Assembly: GCF_000012465.1 (NCBI RefSeq)
Contig: NC_007335.2
Span: 1,500,001 to 1,532,000, forward strand
Length of the DNA: 32,000 bases
Source of the DNA: Prochlorococcus marinus str. NATL2A
GTDB taxonomy: Bacteria; Cyanobacteriota; Cyanobacteriia; PCC-6307; Cyanobiaceae
Direction: 5' to 3'
Below the pieces are notes generated by a model. The model ran no database searches and was not told where the DNA came from. It saw nothing but the letters and a program-made list of their open reading frames with translations. The position numbers and the translations under genes were made by a program. Shown one piece after another: positions 1-17,989 of the stretch. Each line of letters opens with the position of its first letter. The stretch's first letter is position 1.

Positions 1-396
1 TCGCACATAAGCATTACTATCGAATCTCAATAAATGCAATAGAAGGTCAATAGCTTGGGGACAAGGATTTCTACCTAAAGCATAAACAGCGCTCATCCTC
101 ACAACTGGAGAGGGTTCGTCAAGTAAAGGGAGTAAAAATGGAAGAGCTCTAGAATCTCTGTGTTCACAAAAAACTCTTAGGCCTTGAAGTCTTTCTTCAT
201 TTCCAGATTGAAGCCATTTCAATGCAATATCACACTCTTTTGATGAATTCACTAGATCTTCATCAGTTTTATCTAGTTCAATTTCATCTAAAGGATCCCC
301 AGCCAACTGAGCAGCTAGTTCTCGAGCCAAGAGATCAGGGTCTATGGCCAAATTTGCCAACCCTTCTTTACTTAAATTTTGATTTACATCACTCAT
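1..396 (-). CDS. HEAT-repeat protein (PBS-lyase HEAT-like repeats), N-terminal 132 codons; the gene runs off the left edge of the window
   Basis: Absent from the ORF track because there is no stop codon inside the window. Hand translation of the minus strand from the ATG (complement of 394-396) stays open to position 1: MSDVNQNLSKEGLANLAIDPDLLARELAAQLAGDPLDEIELDKTDEDLVNSSKECDIALKWLQSGNEERLQGLRVFCEHRDSRALPFLLPLLDEPSPVVRMSAVYALGRNPCPQAIDLLLHLLRFDSNAYVR. The repeated ...LLxDxxxxVRxxAxxALG... pattern is typical of HEAT/PBS-lyase-like repeats. Confidence 0.6.
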   Translation of the reverse strand, partial: MSDVNQNLSKEGLANLAIDPDLLARELAAQLAGDPLDEIELDKTDEDLVNSSKECDIALKWLQSGNEERLQGLRVFCEHRDSRALPFLLPLLDEPSPVVRMSAVYALGRNPCPQAIDLLLHLLRFDSNAYVR

Positions 397-420
397 AGCT
401 CTGACTGAAGAAGAGCAAGC

Positions 421-546
421 TTAATTAATTGGAGCTGGTGCAAGCATATCCCCAGGCAGCCATATACGAGCACTGACTGCAAACAAAGCGATACCAAAAA
501 GAGCAACAATCAAGATAGGAAAAAGAGTTGTCCGTAAGAAACCCAA
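421..546 (-). CDS. Possible 41-aa single-pass membrane peptide with a TTG start; function unknown
   Basis: Hand translation gives (L/M)GFLRTTLFPILIVALFGIALFAVSARIWLPGDMLAPAPIN*. It has one clear hydrophobic helix. There is no in-frame ATG apart from one 8 codons before the stop, and an upstream in-frame stop lies at 568-570. It sits in the 215-nt gap between the symporter and the HEAT-repeat gene. I recognise no family. Confidence 0.25.
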   Translation of the reverse strand: MGFLRTTLFPILIVALFGIALFAVSARIWLPGDMLAPAPIN

Positions 547-611
547 GGTTGCAAGTGAATTAGAATTTCATTCTGCTCTAAATTTTGACCATTTGGCTAT
601 TTAGCGTCAAC

Positions 612-2375
612 TTATTGAGTTATTAGTCTTGTTTTCTTCATTAAAAACACAGAACTGACCGCAATGGAGAGTGCAATCCAAGCGCTCCTTTCTTGATGTA
701 ATAAGAAAGCTCCAATACTGAGTAAGCCTCCATAGAGAATACATGAGCCTAAAATGAAGCGACATCCAAGCACTGAAAAAGAATCAACTGGATCAATATT
801 CAATTTCTTCCGTATTTTGCTCCAGCCAGGGCCTGGAGGTTTTACCTGCATTACAAAGTTATTGAGTGTCTCGTCAGACTCTGGCTCAGTGAAAAATAAG
901 GTAAGCAGCCAAATCACGGCTGAAAATGAAGTTGTGAATAAAAGTCTTTTTCCAAAATCTTCAATTATGAAATAAGGCGAAACTGAAGTAATTAAGCCTA
1001 TAAAAAAACCACTCAGCATTGCCGAAAGTTCCGCTAGAGCATTAACTCGCCACCAAAACCACCGAAGGACAAGCACAGCACCTGGGCCTGTACCTATCGC
1101 AATAACAAGTCTAAACATTGAACCAATACTGTTACTTAATAAAGCCGTGAGGACTCCAATTAGAAGCAACAAAATACTTGCTAGCTGGCCCATAAAAATC
1201 ATTTCTCTAGGCCCAGCGAATGGCCTCACAAATCTCTTATAAAGATCATGTGCAAGATAACTTGCCCCCCAATTGATTGAGGTACTTACGGTGCTCATAA
1301 ATGCAGCGACCAATGAAACTACGACTAATCCAAGTCCAACGGGTGGTAAGTATGTAACAGCAAGGTTTGGATAACTTAATTCCCAGTCAGCTTGTTGAGG
1401 CAAGAGGACTAAACCAGCTAAGCCAACTAAAATCCAAAGCCAACTGCGAACAAGATAATTAACAATTAAAAAAACTATTCCTGCCAAAGTTGCTTGTTTT
1501 TCATCTTTTGTAGCCAATAAACGTTGAATAAATTCCCCACCACCATCACTACGTCTGAAACTCCACCACTGCAAAGAAATAAAAGCGAAGAAAGTAGTAA
1601 TACTTATTCCTGAGCTATCCAACCAATTGAAACCATTTTTGTTGAATGTCCATGGAAATAAAGAAAGCAGCTCAGGTCGATCTAATGCCTCTAACTTTGT
1701 TAACAAATTCGTCATACCACCTGAAGCATCAAGTGCCACAAAGCAAACAGCAAATGCGCCTAAAAGAGCTAATACAAGTTGTACAAAATCATTAACGACT
1801 ACTGCCCAAAGTCCGCCTAGTACAGTGTAAACAAGCAAAAACAAAGCAACTAAAATCATTAAAAGTATCGTGTCAGTAAAGGGTCCGAATACAATATGTC
1901 CATCTACCACACCTAATGATTCAGCCACTTTACGCATTGCTAAGAAAGCATAACCAATCCCAATACAATTGATTGGAACTGAGAGTAAAAAAGCTTTTAT
2001 ACCTCTTAAGTAAGCTGCTGCTTGCCCCCCATAACGTAATTCAGTAAAGGCTGCGTCAGTCAATACTCCACTACGCCTCCACAGTGGAGCGAATATAACC
2101 GTCATAGCAACATGAGCAAGGCCAAAACTCCACCACTCCCAGTTTCCTGCCAAGCCTCGAGTCCCAATAACTCCGGCCACATAAAGAGGTGTGTCAATCG
2201 AAAACGTTGTTGCAGCCATAGACATACCTGCAAGCAATCCATTAAGACGACGACCAGCAACAAAATAGTCTGCTTCATTATGATTTTTTAGAGATATATA
2301 AATTCCTAATACCAAGGAAAAGATCAAATAAACAAATAAAATAAACCAATCAATTAATGTCATAAGAGTCCACAA
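612..2375 (-). CDS. Sodium:solute symporter family (SSF) transporter, PutP/PanF-like; substrate unknown
   Basis: 587-aa ORF that is hydrophobic throughout, with roughly 13 predicted membrane helices. It contains an SSF-type motif (GGLWAVVVNDFVQ, compare GGxxAVxxTDxxQ). Confidence 0.85.
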   Translation of the reverse strand: MWTLMTLIDWFILFVYLIFSLVLGIYISLKNHNEADYFVAGRRLNGLLAGMSMAATTFSIDTPLYVAGVIGTRGLAGNWEWWSFGLAHVAMTVIFAPLWRRSGVLTDAAFTELRYGGQAAAYLRGIKAFLLSVPINCIGIGYAFLAMRKVAESLGVVDGHIVFGPFTDTILLMILVALFLLVYTVLGGLWAVVVNDFVQLVLALLGAFAVCFVALDASGGMTNLLTKLEALDRPELLSLFPWTFNKNGFNWLDSSGISITTFFAFISLQWWSFRRSDGGGEFIQRLLATKDEKQATLAGIVFLIVNYLVRSWLWILVGLAGLVLLPQQADWELSYPNLAVTYLPPVGLGLVVVSLVAAFMSTVSTSINWGASYLAHDLYKRFVRPFAGPREMIFMGQLASILLLLIGVLTALLSNSIGSMFRLVIAIGTGPGAVLVLRWFWWRVNALAELSAMLSGFFIGLITSVSPYFIIEDFGKRLLFTTSFSAVIWLLTLFFTEPESDETLNNFVMQVKPPGPGWSKIRKKLNIDPVDSFSVLGCRFILGSCILYGGLLSIGAFLLHQERSAWIALSIAVSSVFLMKKTRLITQ

Positions 2376-2393
2376 GACATATATGTTTCCTGC

Positions 2394-3652
<1,259 letters not shown>

Positions 3653-3688
3653 TTAGAAAGTTTAGAAGAGTAATGTAGAAAAATTCAT

Positions 3689-7807
<4,119 letters not shown>

Positions 7808-7840
7808 CTATTCAATAAAAAAGTGGATTTGTTCTGAGGT

Positions 7841-9748
7841 TTACGAGGTGGCTGCTACGGCATCAATAATTGTATGGTTCATTACGACTCGACCAACAGT
7901 AGTCAATATATAACGGCTAATTAAACTTCCATCTTCATCTAATCGGTCACGTCGATATGTCCATTCCTCAATACGGGTACCGTCTTTCAAAGTCTCTGAC
8001 TTAAGCGGATTCTGAAGCTCATCGTCATCCTCAATTTCACCAGAAAATCGAACCCAAACCCAATCATGTAAATCTATTCTTTTATCTTCAAGAGCTTGTA
8101 AAACGTCCTCAAGTGATGCATAGGTATTTGAATAATCTCCGAACTTCGGCTGCTTTGATTGAGGCTGAATTGCAGTAAGGTAGTAAGACCCTAAAACCAT
8201 ATCTTGAGATGGGGTAACTATTGGATCCCCAGTTGCAGGGGAAAGAATATTGTTACTCGCTAGCATTAACATCCTTGCTTCTGTTTGCGCTTCAATTGCC
8301 AAAGGCACATGAACAGCCATTTGATCTCCATCAAAATCAGCATTAAAAGCTGGACATACCAATGGATGTAGCTGTATAGCTCGTCCAGCAACTAATTTAG
8401 GTTCAAAAGCTTGAATGCCTAATCGGTGCAAAGTAGGAGCACGGTTAAGCAGGATAGGATGACCCTCTATGACTTCCTGTAATACCTGCATTACTTCATC
8501 GTCTGCTTTCTGTATCAATTTCTTTGCAGCTTTGATGTTATTGACAATGTTCTGGCGAATCAATCGATGAATTACAAAAGGCTGAAAAAGTTCTATCGCC
8601 ATTTCCTTTGGCAATCCACATTGATGCATTTTTAACTTGGGGCCAACTACTATTACCGAGCGACCTGAATAATCAACTCTTTTCCCAAGCAAATTCTGTC
8701 TAAATCTACCTTGCTTACCCTCGATAATATCGCTTAATGATTTCAAGGGGCGATTATTTGCGCCAACAACAGTTCTTCCCCTTCTACCATTATCAATAAG
8801 TGCATCTACAGCCTCTTGTAGCATCCTTTTTTCATTTCTAACTATTATTTCCGGAGCTAGTATTTCCTGAAGACGAGCAAGACGGTTGTTCCTATTGATT
8901 ACTCTTCTATATAAATCATTTAAATCTGAGGTAGCGAATCTACCTCCATCTAGTTGCACCATAGGCCTCAAATCAGGAGGTATTACAGGTATCGCATCTA
9001 AAACCATCCATTCTGGACTTGCGCTTGTAGCAATAAAGTTATCTATTACCCTTAGCCTTTTTATAAGCTTAGCCCTTTTTTGACCTTTACTTGTAGCAAT
9101 ATCTTCTCGTAATTGCTCAGCAACTTCTTTTAAATTTAAATCTTCAAGTAATTGTTTTAAGGCCTCTGCACCTATGCCAACGATGGGTTCATTCTCAATA
9201 GTTGAATCCTCAGCATAAATCTCGTCTTCAATCTCAAGCCATTCATCTTCTGTTAATAGCTGCTTATATTTTAAATCTTTACTATCTCCAATATCTAAAA
9301 CCACATAACAATTAAAGTAAACGATTTGCTCAACATCTCTAAGAGGCATATCTAACAAAATAGCTACATAGCTAGGAATACCTTTTAGATACCAAACATG
9401 TGATACAGGAGCTGCTAATTTAATAAATCCCATTCTATGTCTCCTAACCCGACTTTCTGTTACTTCAACACCGCACCTCTCGCAAACAATTCCACGATGT
9501 CTAACCCTCTTATATTTCCCACAATGACATTCCCAATCCTTGGACGGACCAAAAATCTTTTCACAAAACAACCCATCCATTTCAGGCTTTAGTGTTCGAT
9601 AATTTATTGTTTCTGGCTTAGTTACTTCCCCTACAACCTGACCATTAGGCAAAGTCCTTTGCCCCCACTCCATTACTCTTTCAGGCGATGCTAATTTTAT
9701 TTTTACATAATCAAAATGATTTTCCGTACGTAGATTGCTATTAGTCAT
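7841..9748 (-). CDS. rpoC1: DNA-directed RNA polymerase subunit gamma (N-terminal half of the split beta')
   Basis: 635-aa ORF with the zinc-binding CxCGKYxxxxxxGxxCxxCGVEV motif and the catalytic NADFDGD motif. Confidence 0.98.
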   Translation of the reverse strand: MTNSNLRTENHFDYVKIKLASPERVMEWGQRTLPNGQVVGEVTKPETINYRTLKPEMDGLFCEKIFGPSKDWECHCGKYKRVRHRGIVCERCGVEVTESRVRRHRMGFIKLAAPVSHVWYLKGIPSYVAILLDMPLRDVEQIVYFNCYVVLDIGDSKDLKYKQLLTEDEWLEIEDEIYAEDSTIENEPIVGIGAEALKQLLEDLNLKEVAEQLREDIATSKGQKRAKLIKRLRVIDNFIATSASPEWMVLDAIPVIPPDLRPMVQLDGGRFATSDLNDLYRRVINRNNRLARLQEILAPEIIVRNEKRMLQEAVDALIDNGRRGRTVVGANNRPLKSLSDIIEGKQGRFRQNLLGKRVDYSGRSVIVVGPKLKMHQCGLPKEMAIELFQPFVIHRLIRQNIVNNIKAAKKLIQKADDEVMQVLQEVIEGHPILLNRAPTLHRLGIQAFEPKLVAGRAIQLHPLVCPAFNADFDGDQMAVHVPLAIEAQTEARMLMLASNNILSPATGDPIVTPSQDMVLGSYYLTAIQPQSKQPKFGDYSNTYASLEDVLQALEDKRIDLHDWVWVRFSGEIEDDDELQNPLKSETLKDGTRIEEWTYRRDRLDEDGSLISRYILTTVGRVVMNHTIIDAVAATS

Positions 9749-9790
9749 GAGAGTTTAGTGTGTTTAGATAATTTGTTTAGATTGAATCGA

Positions 9791-12700
9791 TTACTCCTCG
9801 TATTCTTTACCTAATGATTCATAGGTAGGTCTACTTGGCGTGCTTCTACGAGGATTGACATCTTGCATTAGATCAACTTCTTTTCCATCATCTGTATAAA
9901 CTCCAATATCTAATCCCAATGACTGAAGTTCTCTCATTAAAACCTTGAAAGATTCTGGAGTCCCAGGCCTTGGAATTGGCTTGCCTTTAACAATCGAATT
10001 AAGAGCCTCATTCCGACCTTGCATGTCGTCAGACTTTACAGTTAAAAGTTCTTGCAAAGTATATGCTGCCCCATAAGCCTCAAGTGCCCATACCTCCATT
10101 TCCCCAAGCCTCTGTCCTCCTTGTTGAGCCTTTCCACCTAGAGGCTGTTGAGTAACTAAAGAATATGGACCTGTTGATCGAGCATGAATTTTATCATCGA
10201 CTAGATGCACAAGTTTTAGGAAGTGAGCGTAGCCAACGGCAACTGGTTGATCAAAAGGTTCACCGGTTCGACCATCCTTAAGGAGTAACTTCCCAGGGTC
10301 CTTAGGGTTGTATACCCATGATTTACCTGGCTGCTTTGCAGCCTTTTTTAAATAGGCTTGTACAGTCTGATTAGACATTTCTGGTCCATACATCTCATCA
10401 AATGGGACAATTTTAACTCTGCAATCCAAGTTTGAGGCAGCCCAACCCATAAGAAGCTCAAAGACTTGTCCTACATTCATTCTGCTTGGAACCCCAAGTG
10501 GATTGAGGCATATGTCTACAGGTGTGCCATCAGGAAGATAAGGCATATCCTCTCTTGGCAGTATTCTACTTATAATCCCTTTGTTGCCATGCCTTCCTGC
10601 CATTTTATCGCCAACTTGAATTTTCCTGCGTTGCGCTACATAGACTCTTACAACCATATTTGCGCCAGGTGGTAACTCATCACCTTGCTCTCTTGTATAG
10701 ATCCTTACATCAACTACTCTTCCTCTTTCAGTTGAAGGAACTCGGAGAGAGTTATCTCTTACATCTCTAGCTTTTTCTCCAAAAATAGCTCTTAAAAGTT
10801 TTTCCTCGGGAGGCTGATCTGATTCTCCTTTAGGGGTTACTTTTCCAACAAGTATGTCACCACTCTCAACGTAAGCTCCTATTCGTATTATTCCCATTTC
10901 ATCCAAATTCCCAAGGTTTTCTTCTGAAACATTTGGGATTTCTCTTGTTATTTCTTCAGGACCTAGCTTGGTTTGACGAGCTTCTATTTCATATTTTTCT
11001 ATATGGACAGAGGTATATAGATCATCTTTAACTAACCTTTCACTAACAAGAATTGCATCTTCATAGTTGTATCCTTCCCATGGCATGTATGCAATTAATA
11101 CATTTTGACCAAGAGCTATTTCCCCTCCTTCACATGCCGAACCATCAGCTAAAACTTGACCAACAATTACTGGGTCACCATTAAACACTATAGGCCTATG
11201 GTTTAAACAAGTATCTTGATTAGATCTCTGATATTTTTGCAAGTAATGCGTGTGATCATTTCCCTCGTCATCAGTAACGACAATTGCATTGGCGTCAACA
11301 TAAGTCACTTTTCCATTTACTTTTGAAATTGGAACCATGCCAGAGTCTCTAGCAACTTGAGTCTCTAAACCAGTCCCAACTAAAGGCCTTTCTGGACGCA
11401 AAAGAGGAACTGCTTGTCTTTGCATGTTGGAACCCATCAAAGCCCTGTTAGCATCATCGTGTTCCAAAAATGGAATTAATGATGCAGCCACAGAAATAAC
11501 CTGAACAGGTGATAGTTGGACATAATCAACTTGTTCAGGAGAAACCGTTTCAAAATCTTGTCGATACCTAACTGGAACAAGTTCTGCCATTATTTTCCCT
11601 TCTTCGTTTGTAGCCACATCACCTGGCGCAACCCTACATTCATCTTCTAGATCTGCAGAAAGATAAATAGGATCACCTTCCTTGATTAATCGACCATTTT
11701 CCACTTTCCAAAATGGTGTCTCAATAAAACCGTATTCATTTACTCGTGCGTGAGTTGCTAACGAATTAATCAGTCCTGCATTTGGTCCTTCAGGTGTTTC
11801 AATCGGACAAAGTCTTCCGTAGTGAGATGGATGAATATCCCGAACGGCAAAGCCAGCTCTTTCACGAGTTAAACCTCCTGGTCCCAAAGCAGAGATACGT
11901 CTTTTATGAGTTAATTCAGCTAATGGATTGGTTTGATCCATGAATTGACTTAATTGACTTGAACCAAAAAATTCTTTTATTGCTGCTACTAAAGGTTTTG
12001 GATTTACCAATTGCGCAGGGGTAAGTGAATCTGTCTCACCAACGGTCATCCTCTCTTTAATTATCCTTTCAAGTCTATTTAAACCAACTCGAACTTGATT
12101 TTGTAGAAGTTCACCAACTGACCTAACTCTTCTATTACCTAAATGATCAATATCATCCAAAGTAGCTCCACCAACATCTAATTCTAAATTGATTAAATAA
12201 TCTAAGGTAGAAAGAACATCTTCGTTGGTTAGTGTTCTTAAATTATCAGGAATAGTTAAGCGTAATTTCTTATTTATTTTATATCTACCAACCCTTCCTA
12301 AATCATATCGTTTTGGATCAAAAAATCTTGTTTGGAGTAGCTGTTGGCCACCACTTACTGATGGAGGTTCACCTGGTCTTAACTTTTTATAAAGCTCTAA
12401 CAATGCTTGGTCTTCTGAACTTATACCTTCTTCATTTGCCGCATCAATTGACTTTTTATAAAACTCAGGATGTCGTAATTTATCTATAACGTCATTATCT
12501 GATAAACCCATTGCCCTCATTAAAACATGGGCATTTATTTTTCTTGTTTTATCTACACGAACATGCAGCAAATCGTTTTTATCAGTTTCAAACTTTAACC
12601 ATGCTCCGCGATTAGGAATAACGCTTGCATTGTAAGTTCTCCTACCATTTTTATCTTGCTCATCTTTGAAATAAACTCCTGGACTGCGAACGATTTGATT

Positions 12701-13078
12701 GACTATTACTCTCTCAGCACCATTAATTATAAAAGTTCCACGTTCAGTCATTAAAGGTAGTTCACCTATAAAAACTTCTTGTTCTTTAATCTCTCCGGTT
12801 TCTTTATTCACTAAGCGACAAGTGACATACATTTGAGAAGCAAACGTTGCATCTCTTCTTTTTGCTTCTTCTACATCATGCCTAGGACGCTTAAGCTTAT
12901 ATTCTGCTCCAATAAAATGCAGCTCAAGCTTACCTGTATAGTCAGTAATGGGAGAAAAATTGTCTAATTCTTCTATTAAGCCTTTATCCAAAAACCACTT
13001 AAAACTTGATCTTTGCACCTCAACCAGATCAGGCAGATATGTAGCTGCTTTGGCTACCTGAATCGCGCTTCTGCTCAT
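9791..13078 (-). CDS. rpoB: DNA-directed RNA polymerase subunit beta
   Basis: 1095-aa ORF with conserved beta-subunit blocks (GRHGNKGI, ...[28 protein letters not shown]...). Confidence 0.98.
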   Translation of the reverse strand: MSRSAIQVAKAATYLPDLVEVQRSSFKWFLDKGLIEELDNFSPITDYTGKLELHFIGAEYKLKRPRHDVEEAKRRDATFASQMYVTCRLVNKETGEIKEQEVFIGELPLMTERGTFIINGAERVIVNQIVRSPGVYFKDEQDKNGRRTYNASVIPNRGAWLKFETDKNDLLHVRVDKTRKINAHVLMRAMGLSDNDVIDKLRHPEFYKKSIDAANEEGISSEDQALLELYKKLRPGEPPSVSGGQQLLQTRFFDPKRYDLGRVGRYKINKKLRLTIPDNLRTLTNEDVLSTLDYLINLELDVGGATLDDIDHLGNRRVRSVGELLQNQVRVGLNRLERIIKERMTVGETDSLTPAQLVNPKPLVAAIKEFFGSSQLSQFMDQTNPLAELTHKRRISALGPGGLTRERAGFAVRDIHPSHYGRLCPIETPEGPNAGLINSLATHARVNEYGFIETPFWKVENGRLIKEGDPIYLSADLEDECRVAPGDVATNEEGKIMAELVPVRYRQDFETVSPEQVDYVQLSPVQVISVAASLIPFLEHDDANRALMGSNMQRQAVPLLRPERPLVGTGLETQVARDSGMVPISKVNGKVTYVDANAIVVTDDEGNDHTHYLQKYQRSNQDTCLNHRPIVFNGDPVIVGQVLADGSACEGGEIALGQNVLIAYMPWEGYNYEDAILVSERLVKDDLYTSVHIEKYEIEARQTKLGPEEITREIPNVSEENLGNLDEMGIIRIGAYVESGDILVGKVTPKGESDQPPEEKLLRAIFGEKARDVRDNSLRVPSTERGRVVDVRIYTREQGDELPPGANMVVRVYVAQRRKIQVGDKMAGRHGNKGIISRILPREDMPYLPDGTPVDICLNPLGVPSRMNVGQVFELLMGWAASNLDCRVKIVPFDEMYGPEMSNQTVQAYLKKAAKQPGKSWVYNPKDPGKLLLKDGRTGEPFDQPVAVGYAHFLKLVHLVDDKIHARSTGPYSLVTQQPLGGKAQQGGQRLGEMEVWALEAYGAAYTLQELLTVKSDDMQGRNEALNSIVKGKPIPRPGTPESFKVLMRELQSLGLDIGVYTDDGKEVDLMQDVNPRRSTPSRPTYESLGKEYEE

Positions 13079-13149
13079 TCGAGAACCTGCGTTTATATGT
13101 AGAGGACGGGGTTAATGTCTTGTCCTTTAGATCGAAAAATGACCTTTAC

Positions 13150-13192
13150 TAAGAAAAAAAAACAAACAACAATCTCCGCAAAGACTGAGATT
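13150..13192 (-). terminator. Weak candidate for an intrinsic terminator or attenuator between tatD and rpoB
   Basis: Read on the minus strand: AATCTC-agtctttgcg-GAGATT followed by GTTGTTTGTTTTTTTTT. The stem is only 6 bp with 2 GC pairs, so the call is weak. Confidence 0.3.
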
Positions 13193-13332
13193 TGAAATTG
13201 AATTTACTTAATCAACGAACAAACCGACTCAAAAGGTGAACCTTAAGGTTTAAGCGTAGATACCACGCCTAGGCAAGACAATGAATAACTCTACACTCAA
13301 ACCAGAGAATTAACTAGAGGAAATGATGATAT

Positions 13333-14124
13333 TTAAGGCAACGCAAACAATTCCCTTGCGTTTTGAGTGCTTTTTTCAGCAATTTCAGAAAAGCTTTCGC
13401 CTCTAATCTCTGAAATTTTATCTACCACGTGCTTTACGAAAGAAGGTTCATTCCTTTTGCCTCTATGAGGGACAGGTGACAAGAAAGGGCTATCGGTTTC
13501 AACTAAAAATCTACTTTGAGGAACTTTTTTAGCACATTCATGGATATCAATAGCGTTTTTGAAAGTTACATTTCCACTGAAGCTTATGTAAAAGCCAAGA
13601 TCAAGAAACTCTTTCATCTCTTTGACATTGCCACTCCAGCAATGCATAACTCCTTTTGGACAGCAACCATGCTCAGAAAGCTTAGCAAAAACTTCTAACA
13701 TTTCTTTTGCGGCATCTCTGCAATGAACAATAACCGGTAACTTCAATTCAAAAGCCAAGTTTAATTGCGGCATTAAAATTGAAAGCTGCTCACTCAAGTT
13801 CTCTGCTTTGAAAAGATCTAGTCCTAATTCTCCAATAGCAACAACTCGACTGTCATCAAGAGCTGCATTTTTTAAAACACTTAAAGTTTCAGGTCCCCAA
13901 TGATGGGCGTCCAATGGATGAACTCCTACTGAATATCTCAACTCCTGAAATTGATCAGCCATTGATTTAATAGCAGGAATTTCAGATGGTTCTACGCAAG
14001 CATGCAATAAAGCTTTAACTCCTTGTGATCTCCACCTTTCTGCAACTTTTTCTCTATCCTCATTGAAGTTAGAGAATACGATATGGCAGTGACTATCAAT
14101 TATCGAACTCTTCGAATCGCTCAA
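13333..14124 (-). CDS. tatD: TatD-family metal-dependent hydrolase/DNase
   Basis: 263-aa ORF with the N-terminal DSHCH motif and the later conserved His/Asp/Glu positions of TatD-type TIM-barrel hydrolases. Confidence 0.88.
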   Translation of the reverse strand: MSDSKSSIIDSHCHIVFSNFNEDREKVAERWRSQGVKALLHACVEPSEIPAIKSMADQFQELRYSVGVHPLDAHHWGPETLSVLKNAALDDSRVVAIGELGLDLFKAENLSEQLSILMPQLNLAFELKLPVIVHCRDAAKEMLEVFAKLSEHGCCPKGVMHCWSGNVKEMKEFLDLGFYISFSGNVTFKNAIDIHECAKKVPQSRFLVETDSPFLSPVPHRGKRNEPSFVKHVVDKISEIRGESFSEIAEKSTQNARELFALP

Positions 14125-14167
14125 GATAGAAAAATGAAATTCTCTTTCAATATTAGATTATTTATTC

Positions 14168-14470
<303 letters not shown>

Positions 14471-14581
14471 TTAGTGTTTTAGTCTTATGTTAATCCACAC
14501 TACCTCAAGACCATGAAGAAGATCTACATAAATCAAAATTAAGGCATAAGATAATCAAATTGAACCAATAGCCAAAAGTTC

Positions 14582-15931
14582 ATGACGCAAATAATTAATA
14601 AAGACGAGGTTCAAGAAACCTCTTCAAAAAAATTGACCATAAAAACAGCTAATAGCATTGATCAGGCACAGTTTGAGCTAAGGAAAATTACTGAGAGAAC
14701 ATCTGGAACCGTTCAAGATGAAGCTATAAAGGTAGTTGACGATATTCTTAAAAACGTAAGGGAAAGAGGGGATGAGGCACTTACAGAATACACTTCTCGC
14801 TTTGATGGATTTCTAACGGAAAAATTTCAAGTTTCATCAGATTTAATACTGAAAGCTTGGGAAGAGACTCCTAGGGAACTTCAAGATTCACTTTTATTGG
14901 CAAAAAAAAGAATTGAAAAATTTCATAGTCTTCAAGTACCAAAAAATATTACTTATACAGGACCCAATGGTGAAACACTTGGAAGAAGATGGAGCCCTGT
15001 TGAAAAAGCAGGCATTTATGTTCCTGGCGGAAGAGCCGCCTATCCCAGCACCGTGTTAATGAATGCTATTCCTGCTTATGTTGCAGGAGTTAATCAAATT
15101 ATTATGGTTTCTCCTGCTAACTCTCAAGGAGAGATAAACCAAACCGTTTTAGCTGCAGCACATATTACAGGTATCAACAAAATCTTTCGTCTTGGAGGCG
15201 CTCAAGCTATTTGCGCACTTGCTAGTGGAACTGAATCAATTCCAAAAGTAGATGTAATTACTGGTCCAGGAAATATTTATGTAACGTTGGCAAAGAAAAA
15301 AGTTTATGGAAAGGTAGGAATTGATTCTTTGGCTGGTCCAAGCGAGATCCTAATAATCGCTGATCAATCAGCAAAATTAGAACATGTTGCATCTGATATG
15401 TTAGCTCAGTCAGAACATGATCCTTTAGCCTCAGCGATACTAATCACTACAAATACAAAATTAGCTGAAAAGTTACCCGCAGAAATTAACCGTCAATTAA
15501 TTAATCATCCAAGATTAAAAATATGTCAAGAATCAATTTCCAACTGGGGTTTAATAGTCCTTTGTGATGATTTAGAAACTTGTGCGCAATTAAGCGATAC
15601 TTTTGCCCCAGAACATCTTGAATTACTTGTAGAGGACCCAAAAAAATTATCAGAAAGCATAAACAATGCTGGGGCAATATTTATGGGCCCATGGAGCCCA
15701 GAGGCTATTGGAGATTATCTTGGCGGGCCTAATCACACTCTTCCCACTTCTGGAACTGCAAGATTTGCTGGCGCTCTTGGGGTTGAAACTTTTATGAAAA
15801 ATACCTCACTTATAGATTTTTCAAAAGAAGCATTTAATGAAAATAAAAATGCAGTTGTACAGTTAGCCAATAGCGAGGGACTACATAGTCATGCAGAATC
15901 AATACGAATTAGAGACTCTAAATCTTTTTAA
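14582..15931 (+). CDS. hisD: Histidinol dehydrogenase
   Basis: 449-aa ORF with HisD blocks ([36 protein letters not shown]). Its 3' end overlaps the convergent rpiA by 14 nt. Confidence 0.95.
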
Positions 15932-16628
15932 GTGATTCAACACCAACAACATCACTTTCTACTTTCCCAACCAATACTTCATCAGTCAGGTTTACAAAAA
16001 GTCCATTTTCAAGGACACCGGGAATATTATTAATTTGACTTTCCAATAGTTCAGGTTTATCAATACCGTTCCTAAAGGTTAAATCCAGTATCAAGTTTCC
16101 CTGATCAGTAACTATAGGTCCAGCCTTTTTCTGAGCCATCCTTAGATTCCCTTCTCCTCCAAGATTTATTAATGTTTTTTGTACTTGTTTCCAAGCAGAA
16201 GGAAGAACCTCTACAGGTAATTTGAAATCAAGGTTCAATTTTTCAACAAGTTTAGTTGAGTCAACAACAACTATAAATTTTTTAGCTAAAGCAGCAACAA
16301 GTTTTTCCTGCACATGACAAGCTCCTCCTCCTTTGATTAATTGAAATTTGGGATTAACTTCATCAGCACCATCAATTGCAAGATCAATTTCTGAAACAGA
16401 TGAAAGAGATTTAAGTGGTATGCCTAATTCAGAAGCAAGAACTTCACCCTGAAAAGATGTAGTCACTCCAACAACATCTTTAATTTCTCCTGATTTTATT
16501 TTTATAGCAAGAGCTTCAATCATCAAAGCTGCTGTAGAACCAGAGCCAAGGCCTAGAATCATACCGTTTTGAATTTGATCTACAGCAGCTTGAGCAACTG
16601 CTTTTTTCATCTGGTTTTGGAGATCCAT
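15918..16628 (-). CDS. rpiA: Ribose-5-phosphate isomerase A
   Basis: 236-aa ORF with the GLGSGSTA and DGADEV motifs typical of RpiA. Confidence 0.93.
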
Positions 16629-16664
16629 TTAGTCATACCTTTTCGAAAGACAGTAGCAAGATTT

Positions 16665-17825
<1,161 letters not shown>

Positions 17826-17908
17826 CTAAAAACAATAAAGTAGAACAATCCAAAATAAAGAGAACTTGATTTTAGAGGTAACCGAAACCTTTATCTAGTA
17901 ATATTTAG

Positions 17909-17989
17909 TTGCCTGACGGTACCTCTTTGAATAGAGGCGGGTCAAAACTTAAACCGCTCGGGCATCCTGCCCGACTTCGACACTGCCTC
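17909..17989 (+). promoter_or_regulatory. Candidate structured 5' leader of the rimP-nusA-ylxR-infB operon
   Basis: This stretch is locally more GC-rich than its surroundings. It contains hairpin CCTCT-ttgaat-AGAGG (17922-17937) and a 7-bp hairpin TCGGGCA-tcc-TGCCCGA (17958-17974). AGAGGC (17933-17938) can instead pair with GCCTCT (17985-17990), which abuts the likely TTG start. The ORF track reads this region as an N-terminal extension of RimP that has no counterpart in RimP as I remember it. Confidence 0.35.

Noticed and set aside
13516-13698. Plus-strand 60-aa ORF inside tatD.
   Set aside because: It is antisense to a well-supported TatD-family CDS and has no motifs.
17909-17989. The first 27 codons of the track ORF for rimP (MPDGTSLNRGGSKLKPLGHPARLRHCL).
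   Set aside because: This extension has no counterpart in RimP as I remember it. Its composition looks like translated GC-rich structured RNA. An in-frame TTG at 17990 gives a canonical RimP N-terminus. I treat the stretch as a leader instead.
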